The notes beneath the pieces are model-generated. The model saw only the letters and a list, made by a program, of their open reading frames with translations. It was not told the origin of the DNA and searched no databases. Source: Candidatus Doudnabacteria bacterium (GTDB taxonomy: Bacteria > Patescibacteriota > Doudnabacteria > UBA920). From it: 64,000 nucleotides of DNA. A program made the position numbers and the translations under genes. Below, in pieces: positions 49,112 through 59,261 of the stretch (its first letter is position 1; each line of letters starts with the position of its first letter). The stretch covers positions 21,347 through 85,346 of the forward strand of contig JACRDK010000004.1 of NCBI GenBank assembly GCA_016218585.1, read 5' to 3'.

Positions 49112-51358
49112 TTATCTGTCAAAGTTTCTTCTTGGGGGGCGGGAGCCGCCGTGGCCGCCGCGGTTGCCACCCATTGGTCGGCGCGGACGGTCAAAACCGT
49201 GATCACCGCCTCCTTGAGCGAGTTGCTCAGGAGTAGCTGCTGCTGCAAACGGCTTATGGGTTAAATTAATTCTCCCTTGGTCGTCTATTTCGCTTACCTG
49301 AACCTTTAATGTGTCGCCAATCTTTACAACATCTTCTACTTTGTTCACGCGATAATTGGCTAACTGGGAAATATGGACAAGTCCGTCTTTGCCCGGCAAG
49401 ACTTCCACAAAAGCGCCAAAATCCATAATGCGAACAACTTTGCCTTCGTAAATTTCTCCCGGCTCAACTTCTTTAACAATATTTTGAATCCATTCCACTG
49501 CTTTCTTGGCGCTTTCGGCATCGGTAGAAGTTACCATAACCAAACCGTCGTCTTCAATATCAATTTTAACACCCGGGCAGTTGGCAATAATTTCGTTAAT
49601 GGTTTTACCGCCGCTGCCAATAACTTCGCGGATTTTATCAGGCTTGATTTTGAATGAAGTAATGCGAGGAGCATACGGAGACAAATCTGCGCGCGGAGCG
49701 GAAATAGCTTCTTTCATTTTGCTTATAATATGGGTACGGGCAGGTTTGGCTTGTTCTAAAGCTTTAGCCAAAATATCCGCACTCAAACCTTTTAGCTTCA
49801 TATCTAACTGCAAAGCGGTTACGCCGTCTTCGCTGCCGGTAACTTTAAAGTCCATATGTCCGTTAAAATCTTCTATTCCGGCAATGTCGGTTAAAACTTT
49901 AAAATTATTCGGGTTTTGTTCATCCATAACCAAACCCATGGCGCATCCGCCAATAATATGTTTTATAGGCACACCGGCATCCATTAAGGCCAGAGTTGAG
50001 CCGCAAGTGGAAGCCATAGAGGTTGAGCCATTGGAAGACATAATTTCAGAAACCAAGCGCATAGTGTAAGGGAATGCTTCCTGTTCCGGCAAAACTACTT
50101 CTACCGCGCGCTCAGCGAGCATACCGTGGCCAATTTCTCTGCGGCCAGGTCCGCGCAAAGGCGCAACTTCGCCAACAGAATATCCCGGCATATTGTAATG
50201 ATGAATATAGCGCTTGGTGCGGCCTTCAGTTGGATCTTCCATGCCGTCCAAAGTCTGTTCGTCACCTTTGCTGCCTAAAGTTACTACTGTAAGAGCTTGT
50301 GTTTCTCCGCGAGTAAACAAAGCGCTGCCGTGAGTTCTCGGCAATATTCCAACTTCGCAGGAAATTGGGCGAGTTTCGTTAAGAGCGCGCCCGTCCACGC
50401 GGCGTTCTTTTTCCAAAATTTGCTTTTGCTGATATTTCTTTAAAATTTTGTCTATAGATTTTGCAACTTCTTTTTCAATATTAACGCCTTCAATTTCGCC
50501 CAATGCGGCCATAGTTGCGGCAACAATTTCTTTAGACAAAGCGCTGACATTGGCTTCGCGGTCTTCCTTGCTTTTTACATACAAAGCCGCGTCTATTTTG
50601 TCGTCGGTCAATAATTCTTTAACTTTGGCAAAAACCTGTTCATTCGGTTTTATAATAATCGGTTCGGCTTTGGCTTTGCCAATTTGTTTGGCAAAATCCA
50701 GCTGGCATTTAACCAAAGTTCCTAAGAAGGGTTGCGCAAATTTAATTCCCTCTACAATTTCCGCTTCAGAAACCAGCTTAGCGCCCATTTCCACCATAAT
50801 AATGTGTTCGCCGGTACCACAGACAATTAAATCCATTGTGGAAGTTTCTTGCTGTTCGTGGGTTGGATTGATAATATATTTACCGTCAATTTTTCCAACT
50901 CTAACTCCGGCTACCGGACCGTCAAACGGCACTTCGGAAATAGCCAAAGCCATAGAGGCGGCGTTTACCGCGAGCATATCAGGTTCATTTTCTCCATCAA
51001 TGGAAAGAACCATGGCGGTTACCTGCACGTCGTTGCGCATGCCATCAGGAAACAACGGCCTTAAAGTTCGGTCAATAACGCGGCCCTTTAAAATTGCGTC
51101 ATCTGTTGCTCTGCCTTCGCGCTTAATCCAGCGGGAGCCTTTAATTTTTCCTGCCGCGTAAAGTCTTTCTTCGTAGTCAAGCAACAGTGGAAAAAAATCT
51201 ATTCCTTCCCTGGCTTTGTCATTCATAATTGTGGTTGCCAAAACAACCGTATCCCCTACGCGGGCTAATACGGCTCCACTGGCCTGACCGGCTAATTTGC
51301 CGGTTTCAAATACAAAATCAACTTCGCCGATTTTGCACGAAATCTTTTTGGATTCCAT
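49112..51358 (-). CDS. pnp: Polyribonucleotide nucleotidyltransferase
   Basis: DFFPL, HGSALFTRGETQ, RREIGHG, SNGSTSMAS, KH and S1 domains; start at MESKK. Confidence 0.99.
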   Translation of the reverse strand: MESKKISCKIGEVDFVFETGKLAGQASGAVLARVGDTVVLATTIMNDKAREGIDFFPLLLDYEERLYAAGKIKGSRWIKREGRATDDAILKGRVIDRTLRPLFPDGMRNDVQVTAMVLSIDGENEPDMLAVNAASMALAISEVPFDGPVAGVRVGKIDGKYIINPTHEQQETSTMDLIVCGTGEHIIMVEMGAKLVSEAEIVEGIKFAQPFLGTLVKCQLDFAKQIGKAKAEPIIIKPNEQVFAKVKELLTDDKIDAALYVKSKEDREANVSALSKEIVAATMAALGEIEGVNIEKEVAKSIDKILKKYQQKQILEKERRVDGRALNETRPISCEVGILPRTHGSALFTRGETQALTVVTLGSKGDEQTLDGMEDPTEGRTKRYIHHYNMPGYSVGEVAPLRGPGRREIGHGMLAERAVEVVLPEQEAFPYTMRLVSEIMSSNGSTSMASTCGSTLALMDAGVPIKHIIGGCAMGLVMDEQNPNNFKVLTDIAGIEDFNGHMDFKVTGSEDGVTALQLDMKLKGLSADILAKALEQAKPARTHIISKMKEAISAPRADLSPYAPRITSFKIKPDKIREVIGSGGKTINEIIANCPGVKIDIEDDGLVMVTSTDAESAKKAVEWIQNIVKEVEPGEIYEGKVVRIMDFGAFVEVLPGKDGLVHISQLANYRVNKVEDVVKIGDTLKVQVSEIDDQGRINLTHKPFAAAATPEQLAQGGGDHGFDRPRRPMGGNRGGHGGSRPPRRNFDR

Positions 51359-51459
51359 TTGGTTATCCTTTTGTTTCAAGAGACTGGCAAATTGACGATT
51401 CCCCATAGCTCTTAAGGCTATAAGTCTTCGCTATATCTGCCAACCTTTTGAAAACTTAA

Positions 51460-51852
51460 TTATTTTTTACTGCTTAAAACTTCCCTAATTTTACCTAAAA
51501 TTTCGTCCGGTGTAAAGTAGGCTTTTACCATATAACCGTCGACTTTTAGAGCCTGGGTTTTTAAAATATCTTCGTTGCTCCAAAGATTGCTTAGCACGAT
51601 TATTGGCAATGAAGCTAACTTTTTGTCTTTGCTGCCGCGGATTTTTGCCAAAACCTGAAAACCGTCCATCTCCGGCATCATTAAATCAAGCAACATTAAA
51701 TCAGGAGCGGACTCCTCGCACATTTCCACGGCACGAAGGCCATTTTCTGCATGGCGAACGTCATAACCGCTCGCAGTTAGCTTATGGCTTACAATTTCCG
51801 CCATCGCCGCGTCATCTTCAGCAACAATAATATTTATTTTTGTTTGAGCCAT
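51460..51852 (-). CDS. Single-domain response regulator (receiver only)
   Basis: AEDD, LLDLMMPEMDG, LSN, K motif; no output domain. Confidence 0.94.
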   Translation of the reverse strand: MAQTKINIIVAEDDAAMAEIVSHKLTASGYDVRHAENGLRAVEMCEESAPDLMLLDLMMPEMDGFQVLAKIRGSKDKKLASLPIIVLSNLWSNEDILKTQALKVDGYMVKAYFTPDEILGKIREVLSSKK

Positions 51853-51949
51853 ATATAATAAAAAATTTCCCATAATTATTATAACATAAATAGTATTTTC
51901 GCTTAAATTGTGGTATAATATTTAATATTATTTAATATTTACTTATATT

Positions 51950-53008
51950 TTGGCAAAACAAAAAAATAATAAAAATTCTGACCAATTTGAACTTAAGGAA
52001 TTCGACGGACACCGCCTAGTCTCTTTCATTTACGACCCCAAAACTAATCTGGAAGGTTTTATCGCAATTCACCGAGGAGACCCGGCTTTTGGCGCTACTA
52101 GAATTTGTTCATACCAAAATAGAACTGAGGCATTACGCGATGCGCTCAGGCTCTCCAAATTAATGTCGTACAAAGCAGCAATGGCTGGTTTGAAATATGG
52201 CGGAGCAAAATCAGTAATTATTCTTCCGAAGCAAAGTCAAAACAAAAATAACCTGCTTAAAGCCTATGCAAAAAAAGTTAATTTGCTTGGCGGACATTTT
52301 ATTACCGGTGCGGACGTTGGCATTTCTGCGGATGATGTTAAATTAATGCGGCAATCCAGTCCTTATTTTATCGGCGTTAATGTTGACCCGGTAAAATATA
52401 CAGCTTTAGGAATTTTTTACGCTTTAGAAGAATCTTTGAAAGAGATTTTTGGCGACAAAAGCTTGAGCAACAGGAGTTTCGCCATTCAGGGAGCGGGAAA
52501 AATTGGCACAGCCTTTCTAAAACATCTGTATGGGAAAACAAAAACTATTTATATTGCGGACAGCAACTTACAAAAGCTAAAAGAAGTTAAAAAAGCTTTT
52601 CCTAAAGTAATTATTACCAGCGTCGAAGACATATTTAAACAAAAAGTGGACGTGCTATCCCCTTGCGCTATGGGGCATGTTTTAAACTCCGAAACCATAA
52701 AACAAATAAGAGCGCCTTTAATTGTAGGCGGCGCAAATAACCAACTTGCAAGCCCTGAAATTGGCAATACCTTGTTTAAACAAGGTATCTTATACGCCCC
52801 CGATTATATTGTTAACGGAGGCGGAATGATTTCTGTTGTATCTGAATACGAAAATTCTAAAATAAATGACTCGAAAATAATAAAAAAACTGGATATTATT
52901 CCTCAGACTCTCGGCAAGGTCATAAAAAAAAGTTTACAACAAAAACTTGCAACCAATATTGTAGCCGATAGAATGGCTGAAAAAATATTCAACAATTTAA
53001 ATATTTAA
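51950..53008 (+). CDS. Glu/Leu/Phe/Val dehydrogenase (leucine dehydrogenase-like)
   Basis: IAIH, MSYK, GGAKSVI, IQGAGKIG, PCA, GANNQL, PDY..NGGG. Confidence 0.92.
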   Translation: MAKQKNNKNSDQFELKEFDGHRLVSFIYDPKTNLEGFIAIHRGDPAFGATRICSYQNRTEALRDALRLSKLMSYKAAMAGLKYGGAKSVIILPKQSQNKNNLLKAYAKKVNLLGGHFITGADVGISADDVKLMRQSSPYFIGVNVDPVKYTALGIFYALEESLKEIFGDKSLSNRSFAIQGAGKIGTAFLKHLYGKTKTIYIADSNLQKLKEVKKAFPKVIITSVEDIFKQKVDVLSPCAMGHVLNSETIKQIRAPLIVGGANNQLASPEIGNTLFKQGILYAPDYIVNGGGMISVVSEYENSKINDSKIIKKLDIIPQTLGKVIKKSLQQKLATNIVADRMAEKIFNNLNI

Positions 53009-54507
53009 TGCCCACCCCGACGCCAAAACAAATTTTAAAAGATCTTAAATCCAAACAAGAAAACTACTGGCTAAAAAGAGGGGAAAATATGGCGCTCAAG
53101 CTTTTTAAGCAAATGGCAGCCAGAGTTCCCGCCTATAAAGACTTTTTAAAAAAACAAAAAATTAACCCGGATAAAATTAAATCGGGCGCAGATTTTTCTT
53201 CTGTCCCTGTAACTTCAAAAGACACTTACCTGCGCCGCTATCCGCTGGAACAACTTTGTTGGGATGGAAAATTTTCAAGCAAGCAGTGGGTAATTGCCGC
53301 TACATCGGGCTCAACCGGTGAACCATTTTATTTTCCAAGAACTTCAGAGCAAGACCGGCAATATGCATTATTAGCAGAGCTTTACTTAAAAACAAATTTT
53401 CAGATTGATAAAAAATCAACTCTTTATATAAATGCTTTTGCTTTAGGGATATGGATTGGCGGTTTGTTTACTTACCAGGCAATAAAATTAATTGCGGATA
53501 CGGGACAGTACCACTTAAGCATTATTAACCCAGGTTTAAATAAAAATGAAATTTTAAATGCGGTTAAAAAATTTGGCGGAAAATTCGACCAAATAATTAT
53601 TGGCGGCTACCCTCCATTTGTAAAAGAAGTTCTTGATGAGGGTGTTGAAAAAAAGATAAACTGGAAAAAAAATAATTTGAAATTCGTTTTTTCTGCTGAG
53701 TCATTCACTGAAAATTTTCGGGATTATATTTTAAATCTAGCCGGAGCTTCTAATCCTTATTTATCTACCCTAAACCATTACGGCACTGTTGATCAAGGAA
53801 CTCTCGCCTACGAAACGCCAATCAGCGTTTTAATTAGACGGCTCGAAGTTGAAGGGGGGCTAAAAAGCAAACCAATTTTTAGTGATTCTATGACTCAGCC
53901 AACATTAGCTCAATATTTACCTGAGATGTTTTATTTTCAAGAAGAAAGAGGGCGCCTAATTTGTTCCTCACAGAGCGGGATTCCATTATTTCGATATGAC
54001 CTGAAAGATAAAGGAGGCATAATACATTTTGAAAAAATGACAGAGCTTTTCTCAGAAAATGGCGTTGATTTAAAAAAAGAGTGTATAAATAAAAAAATTT
54101 CTGAAACGGTTTGGAAACTTCCCTTTGTTTATGTTTATGAAAGAAGTGATATGGTGGTTAGCTGGTATGGCGCCAATATTTACCCGCAGCATATCAAAGA
54201 ATCACTCCTTTTAACAGAACAGTCCGGCAAACTTACCGGCAAGTTCAGCTCCGTATTAGAGAGAGATAAAAACCACAATCCTTTTTTACACGTCAACATT
54301 GAACTTAAAAAAAATGTTCAACCCACGGCAAATCTTTCTAATTTACTAACAGCATCTTTAGTCAGAACTCTTTTAGAAAAAAATTCAGAATTTCGAAACA
54401 ACTACTCTACCCTGCCTAAAAAAAATACCCCAAAAATTACCCTTTGGCCTTATAAGAGCTCGCCTTACTTCAAAGGCGGAGGAAAACAAAAATGGACAAT
54501 AAAATAA
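53008..54507 (+). CDS. Phenylacetate-CoA ligase (PaaK)-like adenylate-forming enzyme
   Basis: TSGSTGEP, GYP, YGT.D, PLFRYD, GANIYP. Confidence 0.88.
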   Translation: MPTPTPKQILKDLKSKQENYWLKRGENMALKLFKQMAARVPAYKDFLKKQKINPDKIKSGADFSSVPVTSKDTYLRRYPLEQLCWDGKFSSKQWVIAATSGSTGEPFYFPRTSEQDRQYALLAELYLKTNFQIDKKSTLYINAFALGIWIGGLFTYQAIKLIADTGQYHLSIINPGLNKNEILNAVKKFGGKFDQIIIGGYPPFVKEVLDEGVEKKINWKKNNLKFVFSAESFTENFRDYILNLAGASNPYLSTLNHYGTVDQGTLAYETPISVLIRRLEVEGGLKSKPIFSDSMTQPTLAQYLPEMFYFQEERGRLICSSQSGIPLFRYDLKDKGGIIHFEKMTELFSENGVDLKKECINKKISETVWKLPFVYVYERSDMVVSWYGANIYPQHIKESLLLTEQSGKLTGKFSSVLERDKNHNPFLHVNIELKKNVQPTANLSNLLTASLVRTLLEKNSEFRNNYSTLPKKNTPKITLWPYKSSPYFKGGGKQKWTIK

Positions 54508-54516
54508 ACAGACAAA

Positions 54517-55650
54517 ATGAAAAAAAATATTACAACAACTGAAGACCGCGAACTGTGGCAGCCAATCCACATAAAAAATATTGAGAATTGGCAAAAAACT
54601 CTTGCTAAATTAAACCAACCTTCAGGTGGTGTGACTTTTGTTAATGAGGCAGAAACGCAGCTAGAGGAGCTTTACCAATTGCGCAACCCAAAAACCAGAT
54701 TTTTGCAGGATTACAAAAAAGAGTCTGACGAATTCAAATTCAAAAACATTCACAAGACTGAATGGTTTTATTTTCCGTGGCTAAAAAAAATGGTTTTATT
54801 TCTGAAAGAAGACATGCATACTGAACTTCGGACAGGAAGAAACAGAAACTTAATTACCAGTCAGGAACAAAAAAAATTCTATAACAGCCATATTACGATT
54901 TTGGGAATGAGCGTTGGCAGCCACGTAGCGCTCACTATTGCTTTGACGGGCGGAGGAAAATTCCTCACTCTTGCAGATCCGGATAAAATTTCCGGATCCA
55001 ACATTAATAGAATTCGCACAGGTTTTTATAACCTTGGGTTAAATAAAACCAAAGCCGTCGCCAGACAAATTTTTGAAATTAATCCTTATTCTAAAATAAA
55101 AATCTATCCTGAAGGCGTTAACGAAAAAAATCTTCATTCATTATTAAACAATAAAATAGACTTATTAATTGAAGAAACCGATTATCCTTATCTAAAAATT
55201 AAAATTAGGGAAATGGTAAGGCCTCTTGGCATACCGGTTATAATGGCCGCAGATAACGGAGATGGCGTGATTGCAGATATTGAAAGATATGATAAAAACA
55301 AAAAACTTCAAATCCTGCATGGACTTTTAGGATCCATGACCTCGGAAGAGTTTAAATTAATCCCCCCTCGCAATCTGCCTAAAATTATGGCTAAAATTGC
55401 GGGCGCAAAACTTTCCAGCGTAAGGATGATTGAATCTGTTATGGAAGTTGGCAATACTTTATATTCCTGGCCGCAACTCGGAAGTGCTGCAACTTTATGC
55501 GGTTCAGTCTTGGCAAATATTGGCAGAAAAATACTGTTAGGCCAACCATTAAAAAGCGGGAGATACGATATTAATATTGACGGTTTTTTCGGCGAGGAAA
55601 AAAATAAAAAACGCAAGGCCGTGTTATTAAAAAAATTAGGTGTAGAATGA
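54517..55650 (+). CDS. ThiF-family adenylyltransferase, Rv1355c-like
   Basis: WFYFPW, RTGRNRNLIT..EQ, GMSVG, AD.D...SNINR, D.ERYD, SWPQL. Confidence 0.9.
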   Translation: MKKNITTTEDRELWQPIHIKNIENWQKTLAKLNQPSGGVTFVNEAETQLEELYQLRNPKTRFLQDYKKESDEFKFKNIHKTEWFYFPWLKKMVLFLKEDMHTELRTGRNRNLITSQEQKKFYNSHITILGMSVGSHVALTIALTGGGKFLTLADPDKISGSNINRIRTGFYNLGLNKTKAVARQIFEINPYSKIKIYPEGVNEKNLHSLLNNKIDLLIEETDYPYLKIKIREMVRPLGIPVIMAADNGDGVIADIERYDKNKKLQILHGLLGSMTSEEFKLIPPRNLPKIMAKIAGAKLSSVRMIESVMEVGNTLYSWPQLGSAATLCGSVLANIGRKILLGQPLKSGRYDINIDGFFGEEKNKKRKAVLLKKLGVE

Positions 55651-56702
55651 TTGAAAAAATAACAAAAATACTTACTGAGGCAAATTTTGCTCCATCAGGT
55701 GACAACTGCCAGCCATGGAAGTTTAAAATAACCCCTAACGGATTACTATTATTCAACTTACCCGAAAAAGATAAGTCGGTATATAATTTTAATCAAAAGG
55801 CTGCTTATATCTCGCATGGCGCATTTATAGAAAATATTAAAATTGCCGCCCTTGCACATGGTTTAAAAACCACTATAAATTTATTTCCAGACATAAAAAA
55901 CCCAGACCTCGTAGCCGAGCTTGATTTTTCGCCATCAAATGGAGAAATCGATAATTTGTATGAATTCATAGAAAAAAGACACACCAACAGAAAACCATAC
56001 CTAGCAAAGCCAATCAGTGAAAATCAACTTTCGGAACTACTAAACTTAAAAGTTGATTCTTTCGACGGGAAAATTGTAATGGTTACAGCGCGTGAACATA
56101 TAAAAACTTTAGCGCAACTATTAAGTATTAATGAGAAGATAGTATTACAAAACAAAAAACTGCACCAATTCTTGTTCGGCAATATTAGTTGGGGCCAGGA
56201 AGGCTTACAAAAAAATGACAAAATGTTCATAAAAACTCTGGAGATGAATCCGTTACAACAGTTCGTCTTCAAATTATGTTCCTCCTGGAAAATAATGAAT
56301 TTTTTTGACAAATTTGGGTTGGCAAAATTTATCTCCAAAGAGAATTCTAAAATATACTCTAACTCGGGTGCAATTGGAGCAATAATAACTTCAAAAAACT
56401 CCAAAACTGATTTTGTGCAGGGTGGCAGACTACTGCAACGAACTTGGCTATTAGCCACCTCCATGGGATTATCATTACAGCCACTTGCCGGCATGGCTCT
56501 ACTTAATCAGATATTGGTTGCGGGGCAAAGGCAAGCACTTTCGCCAGAACACGCTATGGAAATCGAGGATTCAATAAAACACATATCAACTTTGATTAAT
56601 TCCGGCGACGAAAATATAATCTTTATGTTCCGAGTCGGCGAATCATCCGCGCCTTCTGCCGTTACCCCGCGGCTTCCAGTTGAAGAAATACTCTCCAAAT
56701 AA
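55647..56702 (+). CDS. Nitroreductase-like (Acg-type) FMN protein
   Basis: APSGDNCQPW, RHTNR, GR..QR.WL.AT..GL..QP, FRVG. Confidence 0.87.
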   Translation: MIEKITKILTEANFAPSGDNCQPWKFKITPNGLLLFNLPEKDKSVYNFNQKAAYISHGAFIENIKIAALAHGLKTTINLFPDIKNPDLVAELDFSPSNGEIDNLYEFIEKRHTNRKPYLAKPISENQLSELLNLKVDSFDGKIVMVTAREHIKTLAQLLSINEKIVLQNKKLHQFLFGNISWGQEGLQKNDKMFIKTLEMNPLQQFVFKLCSSWKIMNFFDKFGLAKFISKENSKIYSNSGAIGAIITSKNSKTDFVQGGRLLQRTWLLATSMGLSLQPLAGMALLNQILVAGQRQALSPEHAMEIEDSIKHISTLINSGDENIIFMFRVGESSAPSAVTPRLPVEEILSK

Positions 56703-56704
56703 AA

Positions 56705-58375
56705 ATGACAAACTTACTCACAAATTTAGGACTTCTTTCAGTCGGCATAGCAACCGCCGCAAATATTTTATTGGGGCTAGTAGTTTATTTGAGCAACAAG
56801 AAAAGCCAAACAAATAACTATTTTTTCTTATTTACATTTATCAGTTCAATTTGGGGAATATTTAATTTTTTACTTTATCAATTTCAAGATACCATAATTA
56901 TTTTATGGTTTATTCGCCTTGTAATGTTTTGTGCTATTTGGCAAGCCTATTCATTTTTCTTATTAACCTACGTTTATCCCGAAGAACAAAAAGACCTCCC
57001 TGTCATTACAAAAAAATATCTTATTTGGATAGTAATTATAACCTCAATTATCACACTTACTCCCATTATGTACTCTTCGGTAATCCCTCCAAAAAGTATT
57101 GGACAGGTTGCTGAAGCTGTTCCTGGGCCTGGAGTTTTAATATTTGCGATTGTTGCAATTGGCCTTGTTATAGTGAGCATTATTCAATTAATAAAAAGGC
57201 ATAAAAAGATTGCTCCAACTCAACGGACGCAGCTCAACCTGCTTTTTGCGGGCACTGCGATGACCTTCCTGTTAATAATTACCTTTAACTTTATTGCACC
57301 AAACTTCTTTCAAAATTATAATTACATACCCTTAGGATCAGTTTTTGTCTTCCCGTTTATAATTTTTACGGCTTATGCAATCTTAAAACACCACCTATTC
57401 AACGCAAAAGTAATTTCAACTGAAATCGCAACTTTTTTGCTTTTAGTTGCCAGCCTTGTTGAAATTGTTTTGTCTAAAACTTCATTTGAAATTACCCTGC
57501 GGTTCGTGATTTTTCTGATTTTGCTCGCTATAAGTACTGTTCTACTTAGAAGTGTAAGAAAAGAAGTTGAGCAGCGGGAGCAGTTGGAAATTTTGACCAA
57601 AGAATTAGAAAATGCAAACGAGAAATTAAAAGCTTTGGACAAAGCCAGGGCGGAATTTATTACTATTGCTTCCCACCAGCTGCGCACGCCGCCGGCGACA
57701 ATTAAATGGTATTTAAGCTCGGTCTTAGATGGCGACTACGGAAAAGTGCCAAAAGAGTTAAAAGATATTTTAGAAAAAACTAATCGCACCAACAACTCTT
57801 TAATTTCATTAGTTGATGACATGCTAAATGTCTCACGCATAGAGCGCGGCAAAATGGAATTTTTATTTCAGGAATCTAACCTGCTTGAGCTAGCCAAAAC
57901 CACCTTTGAACAACTTGAGCCAATAGCTAAAGAAAAAGGCCTCAAGCTCACTTTCAAATATCTTCCAAAAACCAAATTCCCCAAACTTATGGCAGACAAG
58001 GAAAAAGTCCGCCAGGTTATGAATAATTTAATAGATAACGCTATAAAATATACCAAACAAGGCTCCGTGGCTGTCATGCTGTCGGCCGATAATCAAGAAA
58101 TTAAATTTAGCGTTACCGATTCCGGCAAAGGCATAACCCCGGAAGAAAAAGAAAGCATCTTTGAAAAGTTCTCCCGCGGCAAAGAATCTGTTAAACAAAG
58201 CGCGGGACTAGGACTAGGCTTGTACGTTGCCAAAATTATTATTGCCCAGCACAAAGGCAAAATTTGGGCGGAGAGCCCCGGAGACGGTATGGGTTCTTCT
58301 TTTATCTTTACCTTGCCAATTAATAATGAATTAAAAGAAACGACATTGGTGGATTTAGCAAAAAACCAAGGTTAA
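56705..58375 (+). CDS. Sensor histidine kinase with multi-TM N-terminal sensor
   Basis: ASHQLRTP H-box, NLIDNAIKYT, DSGKGI, GLGLGL; about 280 aa hydrophobic N-terminus. Confidence 0.96.
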   Translation: MTNLLTNLGLLSVGIATAANILLGLVVYLSNKKSQTNNYFFLFTFISSIWGIFNFLLYQFQDTIIILWFIRLVMFCAIWQAYSFFLLTYVYPEEQKDLPVITKKYLIWIVIITSIITLTPIMYSSVIPPKSIGQVAEAVPGPGVLIFAIVAIGLVIVSIIQLIKRHKKIAPTQRTQLNLLFAGTAMTFLLIITFNFIAPNFFQNYNYIPLGSVFVFPFIIFTAYAILKHHLFNAKVISTEIATFLLLVASLVEIVLSKTSFEITLRFVIFLILLAISTVLLRSVRKEVEQREQLEILTKELENANEKLKALDKARAEFITIASHQLRTPPATIKWYLSSVLDGDYGKVPKELKDILEKTNRTNNSLISLVDDMLNVSRIERGKMEFLFQESNLLELAKTTFEQLEPIAKEKGLKLTFKYLPKTKFPKLMADKEKVRQVMNNLIDNAIKYTKQGSVAVMLSADNQEIKFSVTDSGKGITPEEKESIFEKFSRGKESVKQSAGLGLGLYVAKIIIAQHKGKIWAESPGDGMGSSFIFTLPINNELKETTLVDLAKNQG

Positions 58376-58384
58376 GTTTATAAC

Positions 58385-58422
58385 AAAAATCCCGCTCCGG
58401 TTTCTCGAGCGGGATTTTTTTA
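58385..58422. terminator. Bidirectional terminator closing the cassette
   Basis: AAAAATCCCGCTC...GAGCGGGATTTTT. Confidence 0.75.
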
Positions 58423-58459
58423 TTGTCTAATAACTATTCACTATTGCCTATTTACTATA

Positions 58460-58864
58460 TTACTTTTTCATACTGCCAAGCATCTCTTCTTCAAAGTGAA
58501 GCAAAAAAGGCAACGGATCAGGCGTGCTGCCAAATAATATATGGTCAACGCTGCTGCGCTGTCCCCTGTCTTTTTGGCTTTCTACGCCTTTCTTTTGAAA
58601 CCACTGGCGCCAATTTACGCTGAAATCTTTGTAAGTTTGGCTGTTCTCGCCGCCAAATCTTTCAAAAATAATATCGTACTTAGTTTTGTCGCAAATGTTA
58701 ATAAATTCACTTTTTTCATCAAGGCTTAAGAATCCATTTTTTTGTAGCGAATTCTTAATCTTCTGAATTGCCGGATTAATGTAAACCGCCTGACAAATTT
58801 CTCTGCCTAACTGCGTCCACAGCTTATCAAACTCTTCAAAATCAAAATTACCATTTTGGGTCAT
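58460..58864 (-). CDS. Hypothetical protein
   Basis: 134-aa ORF directly downstream of rpsO. Confidence 0.7.
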   Translation of the reverse strand: MTQNGNFDFEEFDKLWTQLGREICQAVYINPAIQKIKNSLQKNGFLSLDEKSEFINICDKTKYDIIFERFGGENSQTYKDFSVNWRQWFQKKGVESQKDRGQRSSVDHILFGSTPDPLPFLLHFEEEMLGSMKK

Positions 58865-58884
58865 GGTTTTTGTATTAATTTAAG

Positions 58885-59166
58885 TTATTCAGCTTTTTCG
58901 GCTACTTTCAATTTGAGCTTTTCAGCGATTTTTTCAAAGCGCTTTTGATCCTCATTTTTCAAGAATCTCAAAAGTCTTCTGCGATTGCCAACCATTTTTA
59001 ACAAACCTCTTCTGGAATGGTTGTCTTTGCGGTGAACTTTCAAGTGTTCGGAAACCTGTTCAATTTCCTTGGTCAAAATGGCAATTTGGACTTCCGGGCT
59101 TCCGGTGTCGTCCTTGTGCACTTGAAACTTTTTAATAATGGCGTTCTTCTCTTTTGCGCTTAACAT
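58885..59166 (-). CDS. rpsO: 30S ribosomal protein S15
   Basis: [28 protein letters not shown]. Confidence 0.98.
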   Translation of the reverse strand: MLSAKEKNAIIKKFQVHKDDTGSPEVQIAILTKEIEQVSEHLKVHRKDNHSRRGLLKMVGNRRRLLRFLKNEDQKRFEKIAEKLKLKVAEKAE

Positions 59167-59261
59167 GTTGTTGTCCTTCTGCACGTAACCAGTAGATTGC
59201 CTAAAATCTTTATTAACTGATTCGTGGATTAAAATTATTGCTTTTATTATACCTTAAATCG

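Noticed and set aside
54517-58864. RiPP (microcin C or azole-type) cluster based on ThiF plus nitroreductase
   Set aside because: No precursor peptide, YcaO, protease or exporter is visible; a precursor elsewhere cannot be excluded
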